In this document: piece after piece, positions 48,686 through 60,600 of the stretch
Numbering within the stretch: the first letter of the stretch is position 1
How the letters are laid out: every line of letters starts with the position of its first letter
Virus record (IMG/VR): IMGVR_UViG_2925939204_000001
Reading direction: 5' to 3' (one strand)
Source of the DNA: a virus
Taxonomy: Duplodnaviria; Heunggongvirae; Uroviricota; Caudoviricetes
DNA: 64,000 nt
Translations under genes and position numbers: made by a program
The notes under the pieces: generated by a model
Databases searched by the model: none
Told to the model about the DNA's origin: nothing
The model's input: only the letters and a program-made list of their open reading frames with translations

Positions 48686-50368
48686 ATGGCAACGAAAGAC
48701 AAAAACAAAGGCTTTCTGTCAGCATTGAAGAAAGCCTTCAACGGTGGTGATGTTACGCCCGCCGATCCGGTCGTTTTTACGAGCGGGCATAGTGTCGTTG
48801 CTCGTTCCGGCCTGTCTGCTTTACGTCCAGGTATACTGGGGAGCAACAGCGATGGCATGACGAGTGCAGCAGATTCAATTTCTTTATCCGCTGAACTGCC
48901 CGGCGAGCGCCTGCAAAAGTACAACATCCTGGAAACGATGGCTAAAAGCCCGACTATCTCGACGGCTTTAAACATTCACATTGCACATGCGCTTGCGCCT
49001 TCAAAAAAAACCGGACAAGCATTCATCCTTTCGCCAAAGGATGGTTCCGATGCCGAGGCAGTAAGTAGATGTGAAGAGTTAACCGCTGATTTGGGGGCGA
49101 TGATTAATGACGGACTTCCTTCATGGGCCATGATTATGGCTATCTTTGGGGTGTCTTATGTCCGACCTTATGCTGAACAGGGCAGGGGGATAACAGGCAT
49201 TGAGTCCAGTTATTACACTCTGCCACACTTCGTCCAGGAGTTTTATCGTGGTAGCCAGCTGGTAGGTTTCAGTGGTGATTACATTCTGGATACGCATAGT
49301 TTGCGCAGAGTAATAACCGAACCGTGGAATCTGGTTTCCATGAAAAATCCCTATTGGACGCCACAGCATAAAGTTATTCCGGTTAGCTACGGCACAAAAG
49401 GGTACTCACTGTTAAGTGATCAGGCTGATAAGCCGTTAATGGAGACGCAGAATTACGGAACTTCATTCCTGGAATACAGCTATGAACCTTACCTTAATTT
49501 ATGTGCTTCGCTCGCCGCGCTGAAATCAACGCGAAATAATGCAGCCAAAATTGACCGCCTGATTGCTCTTACGACGAACACACTGGACCCGGTTAATGCG
49601 GCGAACTATACGCGTGGCGTCAGCCAGGCATTGAAGCGTCATAGTGACCTGGTGGCGCAAAGGTCGATTAATGCCAACGCTATTCCGACTGTGCTTAACC
49701 ATCTGATACCTGTTATGGGAGACGGGAAGAACGGCATCACCATTGATACGCAATCCATACCCGCAGATATCAGTGGTATCGAAGACGTTATGTTTCACCT
49801 CCGGCAGCTTGCTGCAAGCCTCGGCATTGACGCAACAATGCTTGGCTGGGCTGATCAGATGAGCGGAGGGCTTGGAGAAGGCGGCTGGCAGCAAACTGCT
49901 ATCCAGGCTGCATTGCGTGCGAACTGGATCAGACAGGCCGCCCAGCGAACTATTTATCGGCTTCTGGACATTCACCTCGCTTATAAATACGGCAAGGTTT
50001 ACACCGAAACAAACCGCCCTTATGACGTGCAATTCAACTCAATGAACACTGCTATCCAGGAAGAGGAAAACCGAGAACTGGATGCACGCGCCAACTTTGT
50101 TGCTGTCATCTCCCAAATTATGGACCAGATCCAGAACAACCCGAAACTGGCTGGTAGTGACGCGTTTATGCGTTATCTGTTCACCGAGCAGTTGCACATC
50201 GACGATGACACTCTCAACACCATGATCAAAGAGTTTAAGGCGAATGAATCAGAGCAAAACAGCGAGCATGGTATGTACGAATCCGCGCCGTTGTCGTCCG
50301 GTGACGATCCGGAAAACTGGACGCCAGAACAGTTAATAAACTTTGCAAAATTTGTGATGAGCAATTAA
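48686..50368 (+). CDS. phage morphogenesis protein (portal candidate)
   Basis: 560 aa; followed by a 332-aa gene; assignment by size and order only. Confidence 0.35.
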   Translation: MATKDKNKGFLSALKKAFNGGDVTPADPVVFTSGHSVVARSGLSALRPGILGSNSDGMTSAADSISLSAELPGERLQKYNILETMAKSPTISTALNIHIAHALAPSKKTGQAFILSPKDGSDAEAVSRCEELTADLGAMINDGLPSWAMIMAIFGVSYVRPYAEQGRGITGIESSYYTLPHFVQEFYRGSQLVGFSGDYILDTHSLRRVITEPWNLVSMKNPYWTPQHKVIPVSYGTKGYSLLSDQADKPLMETQNYGTSFLEYSYEPYLNLCASLAALKSTRNNAAKIDRLIALTTNTLDPVNAANYTRGVSQALKRHSDLVAQRSINANAIPTVLNHLIPVMGDGKNGITIDTQSIPADISGIEDVMFHLRQLAASLGIDATMLGWADQMSGGLGEGGWQQTAIQAALRANWIRQAAQRTIYRLLDIHLAYKYGKVYTETNRPYDVQFNSMNTAIQEEENRELDARANFVAVISQIMDQIQNNPKLAGSDAFMRYLFTEQLHIDDDTLNTMIKEFKANESEQNSEHGMYESAPLSSGDDPENWTPEQLINFAKFVMSN

Positions 50369-50381
50369 CCGGAGGGAAATA

Positions 50382-51380
50382 ATGCAATCACTGAATACTG
50401 TTACGGATCGCTTCTCCCTGGTAGAGAAAATCCGCAAACACACACCGCAGAACAACCGAAATTACGTCATTCAGTCGGTACGAGACACATTCAACTCGCC
50501 AGAAACAAAAGAGCGTATCGCGCTGGGTGAGATGTATGGTTATTACGGTCATGGTCGCCGGGCGATGCACTATAACAAAACGAAAAGCCTGAACTTGCCG
50601 GAAGTCTCTGTTGTGATGGTAGATGGGAAGCCTGTTGTATTGGAGAACGTGCCGTCAAACAGGACTATCAACATTTCGATTGACGACAACGGCATTGTTA
50701 CTCATACGCAGGAAATACTGGATACAGACACCGGGCGTATTGTTCAGGGCATGATTAATTCTGGTGCTGGTGGTTGGTCGTGGGCTACATCTGGCCCAGA
50801 TTCATCGGTATCCCTGGTAAAGTCTTTCCACGGCTTTGATTACGTAACTGTGCCTAACTATATCAGCCTCGACAAGAAAAGCCTGATGCTTGAATCAGCA
50901 GAAGAGCGCGATGCGGCTATTCATGCAGCACTTATCGAACAAGGTTTTACCGATAACGCTGCTACGGATCTGGTTCACCACTTTTCAGCAATGAAAAATC
51001 AGCAAGCCATGCTCGAATCTGCACATCGTGAAGCCCTGGAATCAGAATTGATGCTCCTTGAAGTGGAAAACATACAGCTTCGAGATAAGCTGCGCGCTCA
51101 AACAGCGATGATGGAAAGCCAGGGGGAAAATGCAAAGCAATGCCGCCGGATTTTGCGTGACGCTATCCAGGAAATGCCTGTTTTTATCAGCGCAGAACAG
51201 CGCCGGGCGCTCTGCCGTATGCAGTCTGAAGATGATGCCCGCATAGTGGCTGCGATGCTTGAATCTCTTGGGGCAAATGCTACTTATGGCTTACCGGTAT
51301 CAGGCAAGAAAGAACCAGAGTTATCACCGAAGGAGAACAAAAACACCACCCCGTTACTCTTCGTTTCCAGAAGGGGGTGA
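50382..51380 (+). CDS. phage morphogenesis protein (head protease/scaffold candidate)
   Basis: ORF track. Confidence 0.3.
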   Translation: MQSLNTVTDRFSLVEKIRKHTPQNNRNYVIQSVRDTFNSPETKERIALGEMYGYYGHGRRAMHYNKTKSLNLPEVSVVMVDGKPVVLENVPSNRTINISIDDNGIVTHTQEILDTDTGRIVQGMINSGAGGWSWATSGPDSSVSLVKSFHGFDYVTVPNYISLDKKSLMLESAEERDAAIHAALIEQGFTDNAATDLVHHFSAMKNQQAMLESAHREALESELMLLEVENIQLRDKLRAQTAMMESQGENAKQCRRILRDAIQEMPVFISAEQRRALCRMQSEDDARIVAAMLESLGANATYGLPVSGKKEPELSPKENKNTTPLLFVSRRG

Positions 51381-51486
51381 TCGCCTCGTTAAGTTAAATT
51401 TCTAACATAGTGTATTTATATACACTGTTGATCCTGGTGGATGGGATCGAGTAGGATCGCGGTCACTGCTCCGGTAGCGACTGCCA

Positions 51487-51521
51487 AAAAAGCAAAAGCC
51501 GCTGAGAAGCGGCTTTTTGGG
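51487..51521 (+). terminator. rho-independent terminator AAGCCGCT-gaga-AGCGGCTT then TTTTGGG
   Basis: Read directly. Confidence 0.55.
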
Positions 51522-51580
51522 TGTATAAATCCACTGCCATAGATTTATACGGTAGATAGATTTTTTCACGGAACTATCTG

Positions 51581-52543
51581 GTGAGTATTTTAAATTCAGT
51601 TTCAGTAACTTTCAACACTTCTGAGTATAAAAACAACACTGAATACCACAAAAAAATCAAAGGTCATCAGTTGAGTTTTTTTGCTCGTCATAGCGGTCTT
51701 CTTTCCCCTTCACATAGCGCCATTATTGCCGAGTTCGCCAACCTGGCAGGGGCTACCGATGAATACATGATCCGTCGCTCATATGCTGATATGTCCGAGA
51801 TTACAGGACGCAGTATTTCTACTGTGCGCCGGGCATTTGCTGAAGCGACGAAGTGCGGAATGCTTGTTAAGCAACATCAGGTAGCGAATAACAATGCCCA
51901 GGTGTGTAACGTATATCGGTTTACGACACAATTTCTCCACTTCATTCATGTAGCAATGGAGATAGGGGGTAAGCAGGGCATCAAATTTGCCAACGCCACA
52001 AAACTGGTTAAGCAGTTGATTTCAAAGGTTCGTTATTTTTTTGAAACTGGGAACCCCCTGTTCAAATTGAACAAGTCCCCCCATGTTCAAAATGAACAGC
52101 CAATAGAAAATAAGAGTCACTCTATAGCCAAAAGAAGAGAAAGATCATGCGCGGTTCAGCCAAAGGCTTCACCAGCAGATAGTTCTCAAGCGGATAATGG
52201 GGGACTGGATAAAAAACCAGTAATCAGGGAAGAACATACCAACCACTGCCTGGCGGCGGCAAAAGCGAGAGCTGCAAAGCGTCGTTCAGACGAGGGTCAC
52301 GCAAAACGGCAGGCTCTGTATCGTACCGCTGAAAAGCTGGCAAAAAAATTTGCATGGATACGTAGTGCAGCTACCGCAGTGAATAAGCCTAAACAATCCA
52401 GTGCCCTGGATTTCTCAATGGATTATTCTGGCTCCCAGGGGTGTGCAACCATTGGTGAAGCCTTTGACCTGATGAAACAGCGTGGCTATCGGTCTGAATT
52501 TGACCGTGAGGATTGGTCAATCCCGGCTGGCTTTAGGGGATGA
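51581..52543 (+). CDS. HTH-containing protein, candidate replication/regulatory protein (RepL-like by position upstream of immunity module 2)
   Basis: HTH-like ITGRSISTVRRAFAEATKCGMLV; start codon uncertain; inverted repeats GTATAAATC/GATTTATAC upstream. Confidence 0.35.
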   Translation: MSILNSVSVTFNTSEYKNNTEYHKKIKGHQLSFFARHSGLLSPSHSAIIAEFANLAGATDEYMIRRSYADMSEITGRSISTVRRAFAEATKCGMLVKQHQVANNNAQVCNVYRFTTQFLHFIHVAMEIGGKQGIKFANATKLVKQLISKVRYFFETGNPLFKLNKSPHVQNEQPIENKSHSIAKRRERSCAVQPKASPADSSQADNGGLDKKPVIREEHTNHCLAAAKARAAKRRSDEGHAKRQALYRTAEKLAKKFAWIRSAATAVNKPKQSSALDFSMDYSGSQGCATIGEAFDLMKQRGYRSEFDREDWSIPAGFRG

Positions 52544-52595
52544 CCTGTGCGTCTACAAAACATCCCAATGATCGGAAAATGCTCGCTCGATAATT

Positions 52596-52630
52596 TGTGT
52601 TAGAAAATTAATTTGCTGTTTCTAAATCGG
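52596..52630. promoter_or_regulatory. operator-like site TGTGTTAGAAAA-N-TTTCTAA upstream of the immunity module 2 promoter
   Basis: Read directly. Confidence 0.45.
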
Positions 52631-52681
52631 AATGTATGATCTGCATCATCGACTGAAGTCATCCATTGCTGAAATTTTTAG

Positions 52682-52710
52682 TTGATCTTCCATGTTTTCA
52701 GGCTTATATT
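52682..52710 (+). promoter_or_regulatory. sigma70-type promoter of immunity module 2 (TTGATC, 17-bp spacer, TATATT)
   Basis: Identical to the module 1 promoter. Confidence 0.55.
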
Positions 52711-52789
52711 CATGCCGTCGTAGCAAATTCTGCGACCAGGTTTGACAGCCTGAATGTTAGTGCGGACAACCGCAGATTTCCGATATTGC

Positions 52790-52907
52790 GGTATTTTTGT
52801 GTCCGTAAACCGCGTTACGCCCGAATTATGGTGGGGCGTGATGGGGAGGCTTCGGCCTGCTGGTTTCACTAACGCCAGTCTGTCAACCCTGTCACGTCCT
52901 GCCACCT
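52790..52907 (+). ncRNA. c4: c4-like antisense regulatory RNA, module 2, with altered specificity
   Basis: b' cactaac (52867-52873) and a' ctgtcaac (52880-52887) complementary to a1/b1 (52740-52762) and a2/b2 (52908-52945); compensatory changes relative to module 1. Confidence 0.55.
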
Positions 52908-52956
52908 GTTTGACAGCGGGTAGCAGGTTGTTAAACCTGTTAGTGAGGCCGTAACT

Positions 52957-53181
52957 ATGGTTAATGCCAATCCTTGCTCACGTCCAGAATTCATCTGGCG
53001 TTTCCACTCCCTGCAAAAACACTGCGATCACTTCGCAATTGCCGCAACCGAAAAAGAAGCCCGTTCTCTGATCCCTGATCAGTATGGTGTTCTTACTGGT
53101 CGTTTCTCTACTTCCCCACAACCAAACACTAATCCCTGGTATCGCAATATTACCAATCCCGGAATTGCGGAGGCACACTGA
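52957..53181 (+). CDS. icd: Icd-like small protein, module 2
   Basis: MVNANPCSRPEFIWRF N-terminus; paralogue of 19308..19523. Confidence 0.6.
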   Translation: MVNANPCSRPEFIWRFHSLQKHCDHFAIAATEKEARSLIPDQYGVLTGRFSTSPQPNTNPWYRNITNPGIAEAH

Positions 53182-53888
53182 TGGAAATCTGCATTCTTGA
53201 AAAGCCATCAATGACCAGCATTGAGATCGCTGAGCTGGTGGGAAGTCGCCCTGATAACGTTAAACGCACTATTGAACGCTTGAGTAAATCAGGTGTTATT
53301 CCACTTCCTCCAATGGAGGTTTCCGAAAATATCAATAACTTAGGATTTAAAGTTAAAAATTCACACTACGTCTTCGAAGGCGAGCAAGGCAAGCGTGACA
53401 GTATCATTGTCGTTGCGCAGCTTTCTCCCGAATTTACCGCCCGGCTGGTGGACCGCTGGCGCGAACTGGAAGAACAAGCACGCCAGCCGTTGACCGAAAT
53501 AGAGATGATCGCCGCAATGGCTGCAAATGCAGTTCAGCAGCAAAAGCGGCTTCATGTTGTTGAGTCAAAGGTTAGCCAGGTGGTAGAAACCGTTGAGCAA
53601 ATCAAGAAAGGCAATATGCCGGAAGGCTACATTGGCTACCGCCAGCTGGCGGCGAAATGTGGCCTGACTGAAGCCAAATGCCGTAACCTTGTCAACGCTT
53701 ACCGGATTCCCACCGATACGCATGAGTTTTTAACTCCAGAGGGGGTATTGTCGCGTCGTTCCATCGTGGCCTTATCTCCCTTCATGAATGCTTTTAACCG
53801 GATGATGTCGGAGGCTGAACACCGAGGAAAACGCTGGTATCACCCCAAAATGGGGCAATTCCAGGTGATCGGTTGGGGAGGTGAGTGA
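53181..53888 (+). CDS. ant: antirepressor Ant with Rha-like N-terminal domain and shared Ant core
   Basis: N-terminal SIEIAELVGSRPDNVKRTIERL (Rha-like HTH); central region identical to module 1 Ant. Confidence 0.7.
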   Translation: MEICILEKPSMTSIEIAELVGSRPDNVKRTIERLSKSGVIPLPPMEVSENINNLGFKVKNSHYVFEGEQGKRDSIIVVAQLSPEFTARLVDRWRELEEQARQPLTEIEMIAAMAANAVQQQKRLHVVESKVSQVVETVEQIKKGNMPEGYIGYRQLAAKCGLTEAKCRNLVNAYRIPTDTHEFLTPEGVLSRRSIVALSPFMNAFNRMMSEAEHRGKRWYHPKMGQFQVIGWGGE

Positions 53889-54085
53889 TGGACATCATGC
53901 AGGCGGTAAAAAAAATCAGGGAAGGACAGGCTGAAGTGTGCCGCCGTAAAGCATGGAGTATTGATGTATGGGCCTGGCCTGATAATTACTCTACTACCGG
54001 ATGGTTTTGTATTAATGGACTCAAGATCCGGGAAGTTTATTTATCGACGGCTGATATAGTCGGTAATGATTGGATCGTGACTTGA
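53885..54085 (+). CDS. DUF2829-like small protein (candidate Tad2-type anti-defence sponge), coupled to ant
   Basis: 66 aa with N-terminal AxxKIReGxxVCRRKAW and C-terminal ADIVGNDWIV pattern; homologous to the C-terminal 65 aa of the module 1 Ant. Confidence 0.45.
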   Translation: MMDIMQAVKKIREGQAEVCRRKAWSIDVWAWPDNYSTTGWFCINGLKIREVYLSTADIVGNDWIVT

Positions 54086-54088
54086 AGC

Positions 54089-54116
54089 GTGATGCCCCGG
54101 CCTGGCCGGGGCTTTT
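54089..54116 (+). terminator. rho-independent terminator GCCCCGGCC-tgg-CCGGGGC then TTTTTTC
   Basis: Read directly. Confidence 0.6.
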
Positions 54117-54117
54117 T

Positions 54118-54603
54118 TCATGCCTCATTAGTTGAGGTTGCTGCGTCTCCGACTGGTAACAGAGCGGTATTGCGTGGTTCGCCAGCAGGCCAGCGATAGC
54201 CAGACACTCTTGATGTTGGGAATGCGCGAATATTAACCGCATCCCCCTGGTTCCCACCCAGGACAAGCAGATCGCCATTGGCGCGGCGTCCGACAACGAA
54301 GCCTACGTGCCCACCGCCTACGCGGGTAAATACAACGATACATCCGTATGCCGGTGTATCTAATTTCTCGCCCCAATCCAGATAGGATTTTGCCGACTCA
54401 AATCTTGTTGAGCGGATGCCTACACGTTCCAGCATTGCACCGACAAATGCTGCGCACCACGGCGTTTCATCGTCTTTAATTCCGCCGCGCTTGATGTCGC
54501 GCCAGAACTGAACGATTTCAGGGTTGTGTTTAGCGCCTTTTATTTCAGTCAGGCCAATGTGCTTACGGGCTTCAATTAGCCAGCGAGGTTCAATGTTTGC
54601 CAT
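54118..54603 (-). CDS. putative cell-wall peptidase (NlpC/P60-CHAP-like phage protein)
   Basis: Candidate catalytic Cys in TPWCAAFVGAM; strong RBS; family assignment from memory. Confidence 0.45.
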   Translation of the reverse strand: MANIEPRWLIEARKHIGLTEIKGAKHNPEIVQFWRDIKRGGIKDDETPWCAAFVGAMLERVGIRSTRFESAKSYLDWGEKLDTPAYGCIVVFTRVGGGHVGFVVGRRANGDLLVLGGNQGDAVNIRAFPTSRVSGYRWPAGEPRNTALLPVGDAATSTNEA

Positions 54604-54678
54604 ATTTTTCTCCCGGTCATGGGTTAATAAGTAGGCAAACTATGGGGAGTATGTGATTTTGACGGTAGTATCGTCCCC

Positions 54679-57600
54679 GTGAAAATAACATTCTCCATAC
54701 CCTCTCAACCGTACCGCATAGCGGAATTTTTACGGTTTAGAGGGGGAAATCCTTTGGACAAACTACTTCATTCAATCAGTGAAGCCTCCAGCTTAGGCGA
54801 ACTGATTGAAATTGTTAGTCGGTTGCATAAATTACGAGCTGTTGCGACCTTTGGCGTCAGGAAAGCCGATGGCGTCAGTATTCAGAAAACACGCCGGGCA
54901 GCAAACAATGCCGCAGTAAATCTTCTTAATTCCCTTCCGCCCGGCTTCGATGGGGCGAAATTAACTGACGAACAACGTCAGATTCTTGCCGGGTATACCG
55001 GTGAAGGCGGCCTGACAGATGGTGAGGGCAGCCAATACGAATACTACACGCCACAGTTTATGGCTGAAGGTATATGGGATCTGTTTGCTGACTACGGTAT
55101 TGATGGCGGGCACGTACTGGAACCATCAGCGGGCACAGGTATTTTCCAGGAGACAAAACGACAGGGCATGATAATGACCAGCGCCGAACTGTCTCCGATT
55201 TCCGGTCGAATAAACCAGCTTTTGCACCCGGAAGACGATGTGAATATCGGGGCGTTTGAGGCGCTGGCGGCGAAAGACGCAATGTATGATCACGCTGTTG
55301 GTAACGTACCGTTTGGTGAAGGGCGTTCCGGTGTCGCCGGGCTTGATCCGGCATATGCAAACGAGAAGAACGTTGGCAATTACTTTGTGCTGCGCACGAT
55401 CGACAAGGTTAAGCCTGGTGGGCTTATCGTATTGGTGGTGCCGAATGGCATGACCGATGGTGCGAAATATAAAAAATTGCGCGATAAAGTCAGCCGTAAA
55501 GCGGAATTTTTGGGCGCGCATCGTATGCCTTCCGGTACGTTCAGTGAATCAGGTACAGATACCGTGGTGGACGTATGGGTATTGCGTAAACACCCGGAAG
55601 CCTTCCTGGAGATGATCCCCGATACGGATGATTCGACGCTCAAATCGGCAAACGTCCTTTGGGATACCTTCCTCAAAGGAAAATGGTTTACAACCGAAGG
55701 GAAGCGATTTGTTTACGGCGACATGGAACGTACCAGCTTCCGCAATACCCTGGTGGTGAAAAAAGACGGTCGTGTATCCAATGAGTCGATGAAAACCGCG
55801 CTATCTCGTCGCTTTGATAGTCGCATCAATTGGGATTTGCTCGGCGTAACTACTCAGGCATGGCAGGGCGCGAAAGTGGGCGATAAACGCCTTGTAGGCG
55901 GTATCTGGCATGAGTTTGATGGTCTGAAATGGGTTAAGGACACGACAACCAAATCCTCCGCGCTTGATGTAAGTCGATATGGTGTTTCGACGTTTGGCGA
56001 TCTGCAGATCGCGTTTCAGTCAACAAATGGCATTCTGGCTTTGTCATGGGACCAGATATCGGCGATCGCGTCTGACTACCCATCGGTTGTCAGTGATGAA
56101 GTGGCAGCAATGATTCGCTTTGCTGGCAAGCAGCGAGAAAAAGACAGGGAGCGCGTTATGCGCGGTGCACTGATAGGTCAGTTGATCAACAAGGCACTTG
56201 ATTTGCGTAACCTGGGGGTGAACGTTGATGACAAACTGGCAGATGCATCCCGCCTGGCGGCAGCAGAAGTTGCGAAGTATGGACCACCGCACGCGATTAA
56301 GCTGAATGGGCTTGCTGAAGCTGGCGCTAAAAACTGGATGACGTTCACTGGCAATGTGAAACAGGATGGTTCCACTTCTGACCTTCTGGCAGGGCGACTT
56401 GATGTAACGGATGGTGCTGCCGGTATTGACTTTACGCGTCCTGAACAAGTGATAGCACATCTTTTTAGTGATGTAGCCCTTAATCCTATAACGCTTGGCG
56501 ACTTTCGTGAGGCGTTTGCTGGTGAACTGCCAGAGGACGACGACGCGGCCCTTGAATACCTGGCGAAATTTGATGATATCGCTATTGATGGGTATGGCTG
56601 TCTGCTGCCGATGGACCGCGCCACCAGCGGCGATGTTGCAACCAAAACAGCACTGCTGGTGGGCTGGCGTGATGCGTCAACAGGTGAGCAGAAAGCGAAC
56701 TTTGAGCGTCAGTTGGCGAAAATCGAAGAGAAACGCATTTTCACGCCACTAAATAAAGTCACCGTTAATCTGAATGCCCGCTGGCTGGATCGCCGCTTGA
56801 TAAAAGAGTTCCTGGCAGAGCAGGGCTATGACGAGTTTAAGTACACTGAACCTGATCTGAAGGTCGTCGATGGCATTCTGGTATCTCCGGACGATTACGA
56901 AGGTAAGGACGGTGTATTTACCGGCTACCAGCTACGAACCGTAAACGGCAAAAACGGGAATGAGTTCAAGAAGGCCAACAATAAAGACGGCTTCCTGAAC
57001 CAGTTAGAAAACTACCTGAACGGTGTTAAACCGCGTGGGCAGAATGCTAACGAGTACCTGGATAAAATTGCTCAACTGGAAGTTAGCTTTAACGACTGGT
57101 TACGCACCCACCCGCAGGCGGATCAGATAGCCCGTGACTATAACGACGCATTCAATGGTTTCATTCCGTTCACACATTCTGACGCACCGCTAGGCCTGGA
57201 AGGGATTAGTGGAAAGCGCATTCCTCTGACTTATCAGAATGAAGAAGTTCGCCGCTTGTCAGAAGATGGGCGTGGCATCATGGGATTTGGTACCGGGCTG
57301 GGTAAAACCACGACCGCGCTTGCGCTTGAGGCGTATAACTTCGAAACAGGTCGCACTAAACGCACGTGTATTGTTGTTCCGAAGGCGGTTTATCAGAACT
57401 GGTATCACGAGGCACAGAGTTTCTACAGTGCTGATGCCTTCGCCAATATGATGTTTATCGGTTTGGATGAAGTTCGTGATGACGGCGGAAATATTCTTAC
57501 CGCGCCAGTGCTTGATGAAAATGGCGAACCACGCCTCGACAGTAACGGGCAGCCTCTTACCAGAAATGTTGTGAAAGAGTCCGCCAGCGCCGTTATCGTT

Positions 57601-60600
57601 CAGCGCATGAACATGATCCCGTCGTCAAATTGGCGAACGGTCATCATGACAAAAGAACAATTCGCGTCTATCCCGCTACGAGAAAAAACCATCGAGGAGA
57701 ACTCACAGCAAGCTGTCTTTAATGCTGTGGAAATGGGGCGTCTTGACCTGGCCTCCGGTAAACACCGTGATGCGCAGAAGAAGAACAAGATTAAGGATCA
57801 GGCCGCGAATACCGGTACAACGAAGAAGCAGAATATCCCGTACTTTGAGGATATGAACTTCGATAGCGTGATTGCCGACGAGGGGCATAACTACCGCAAC
57901 TCCTTTAATGCCGGGCGTGAAGCGGGACAACTGGCATATTTGCCTAACCCGGCAGTATCCAAGATGGCCCGCGACATGGCTGTAAAAGCTGCGTACATGA
58001 TGAAACGCAACAACGGGCGTGGTGTAGTCATGCTGACGGCAACTCCGCTGGTGAACAGTCCGATTGATGCCTTCAACATGCTGTCTACTGTCATTCCGCA
58101 GGAAGAGTGGATGCGCATGGGTATTGTTACGCCGGATGATTTCGTTCGCGTGTTCGGCAAAACAGCCACAGTTCAGGTTCAGAAAATTTCCGGTGAGGTG
58201 GAAGAGAAGCAGGGGCTGGTGGGCTTCCAGAACCTTGATGGTCTGCGTGGTATTTTCCACCGTTGGACCACTCTGAAGACTGCCGCAGATGTCGGAGCGA
58301 CGGTTAAAATTCCCGATATCATCGAGAACACCTTGCAGATCCCGATGACAGGGGAGCAGGAGGCTGCTTATGAAGAGCTTCGTAAGCGTGCTCAGGAGTT
58401 AAGTCGCAATGATGAGCTGACAGTCGATGAAAACGGGCATATCACTAACGACAAACCGGATGATTTCATCTTCTCCATCATCCGCGACATGGATAAGGTT
58501 GCTATAGATCCGGATCTGTATGCCAGTGCGATTACATTCCAGTTCCCCGTTGAGCTTGCAGACAAGGTAAAAGCTATTGCTGATGCCCTGCCAAAAGTCG
58601 CAGGCGGTAAAGTGGCAGATGATGCAGACGAGGCCGAAGAAGACGGCGCTGGTGGACTGGTCAGTACGCGTACCAGCAAGGTAGTGAAGACCACCTTTAG
58701 TGCACATCCGGCGCATGTTGAAATACGCGCCAGCATTGAACTGGAAGCTGAAATACTGAAGGCCATTGCTGCCGCCGGGATTGATCTGCAGCAGGTATCA
58801 CACCCCATCCCACCGAAGTATGCCGCGCTGATCGAAAACCTTCGTGAAGGTCTGAAGAACGGTAAACAAATTGTCTTCATTGATGAAAAAGCCCAGCACC
58901 AGAAGCTGCGCCGTATTATCGCCAGTGCACTGCAAATGCCGGAGCAGGAGATAGGCATTATCAATGCGACGACCGTTAGCCAAGCTGGCGGCATCAAGCT
59001 GAAGAAGGTGAATAAACCGACTGAACCTACTCCGAATAAAAACGGTGAATACAAAGAAGGGGCATGGGAAACCTACTACAGCAAACTTGCCCAATATGAG
59101 GATTATCTCTCAGCTAAAAATGATGCTGGCCTTGAGGGCATGGAAGGTATTGCCGCCGACTATAACGAAGGTCGCACGCGCATCATAATCTGTAACAAGA
59201 AGGCTGAAGTAGGTATTAACCTGCACATCGGGACAACCGATATCCACCACCTGACACTACCCTGGACACCAGCCAGTATCGACCAACGAAATGGTCGCGG
59301 TGCGCGCGTAGGGTCACCGCAAGAGAAGGTCAATGTTCACTACTATTGTGGCAAAGGCACATTCGATGACTTCCGTCTGGATACGCTTAAACGTAAGAAA
59401 GACTGGATCAAGATGGTGATGACCTCCGACATGTCAGAGATCGCCAATGGTGATGCGGATGATGCTGATGAACGCGCCATTATGCTGGCGGCAAACCCGG
59501 AAGAACGCCGCGCAATCATGGCTCGCCAGGCGCAAGAGCGTGAAGAACGTCTGAAACTGAAAGCACAGCGCGAGGCCAACAATGCTCTCGATATCTACCT
59601 GAAAGCGGCAAACGCCGCCGGAAAAGATATCGGCATGATGGAGACAGAACTGAAAAGCGCGATGGAACAGATAGAGTATTACCAGCGAAATCTTGACGAC
59701 CTGATAAAAGCGGGTACGAACAGGAATGGGCAAAAATACGCACTTGAGCAGTTGAGTAGCTACAGAAAACGTGCGCGGGTGCTGCGGTTTGCGATCACCA
59801 GGGCAAAAGACGCGGATACCATAATGAAACGCTCTCGTGGTGATGTGGAGCGCGCTATTAAGTCTGGTGTGCTGGATATCAGTATCGATGTTATTCAGAA
59901 CCCACAGGAGTATATGCGCACTGACAAGAATATCCTGTTGCATAAAGGTAGTTATTACCGTGCAGTCATTGATGATCGCGAAACAACAGCGATTGTCCGG
60001 GTGGAAAAAATTGACGGTGAAAAAGCACAATACCTCTGCCGTATCGCCTGGCTGGATAGAGCAAGTCGTTACGCTCGAGCACCGGGGTCAATCGTTACAT
60101 TGCCGTTTGACTCTGTGATTGAAGCGGTAACTTTTGAAGAGGGGGTAGCTGAATCGCGCGCAACGGCTGCGCGAGGTGTTCAGTGCCACCAGCTATCAAC
60201 AATACTTACTCGCGATCAGTTCTATGATGCTATTCGCAATGGGGTAATGAATGTTATTGCTGGTAAACCTGGTAATGCATGGGGCGGTGGGTCAGCTATT
60301 AAATACTGGGCATATCGCACAGATGATGGTCAGATCGCGCTGTCATCGGCCTATGATGGCGTGATAGGCCAAAAAATCGGGCGAGCATCGGATATAGCAC
60401 CTGAGCGATGGATATATCCTGATGGCAACGACGAGGCGCTGAAGCGTGAAGTAGCAAAAATACAAGCCAGTGATAACCCGCTGAATATCGTGGACGGCGA
60501 GGGATTCCTCCAGGCATTGTATGGGTATGATTACATCCAGGGAATGCAGGCATGGGGCGCACAGGCAACGATGGATGATGTTGCCCAGGAGTTCGAAAAC

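Noticed and set aside
55058-60030. Multiple short ORFs on both strands within the giant 54679..61590 gene
   Set aside because: All are contained within a single 2303-aa ORF carrying coherent MTase and helicase motifs.
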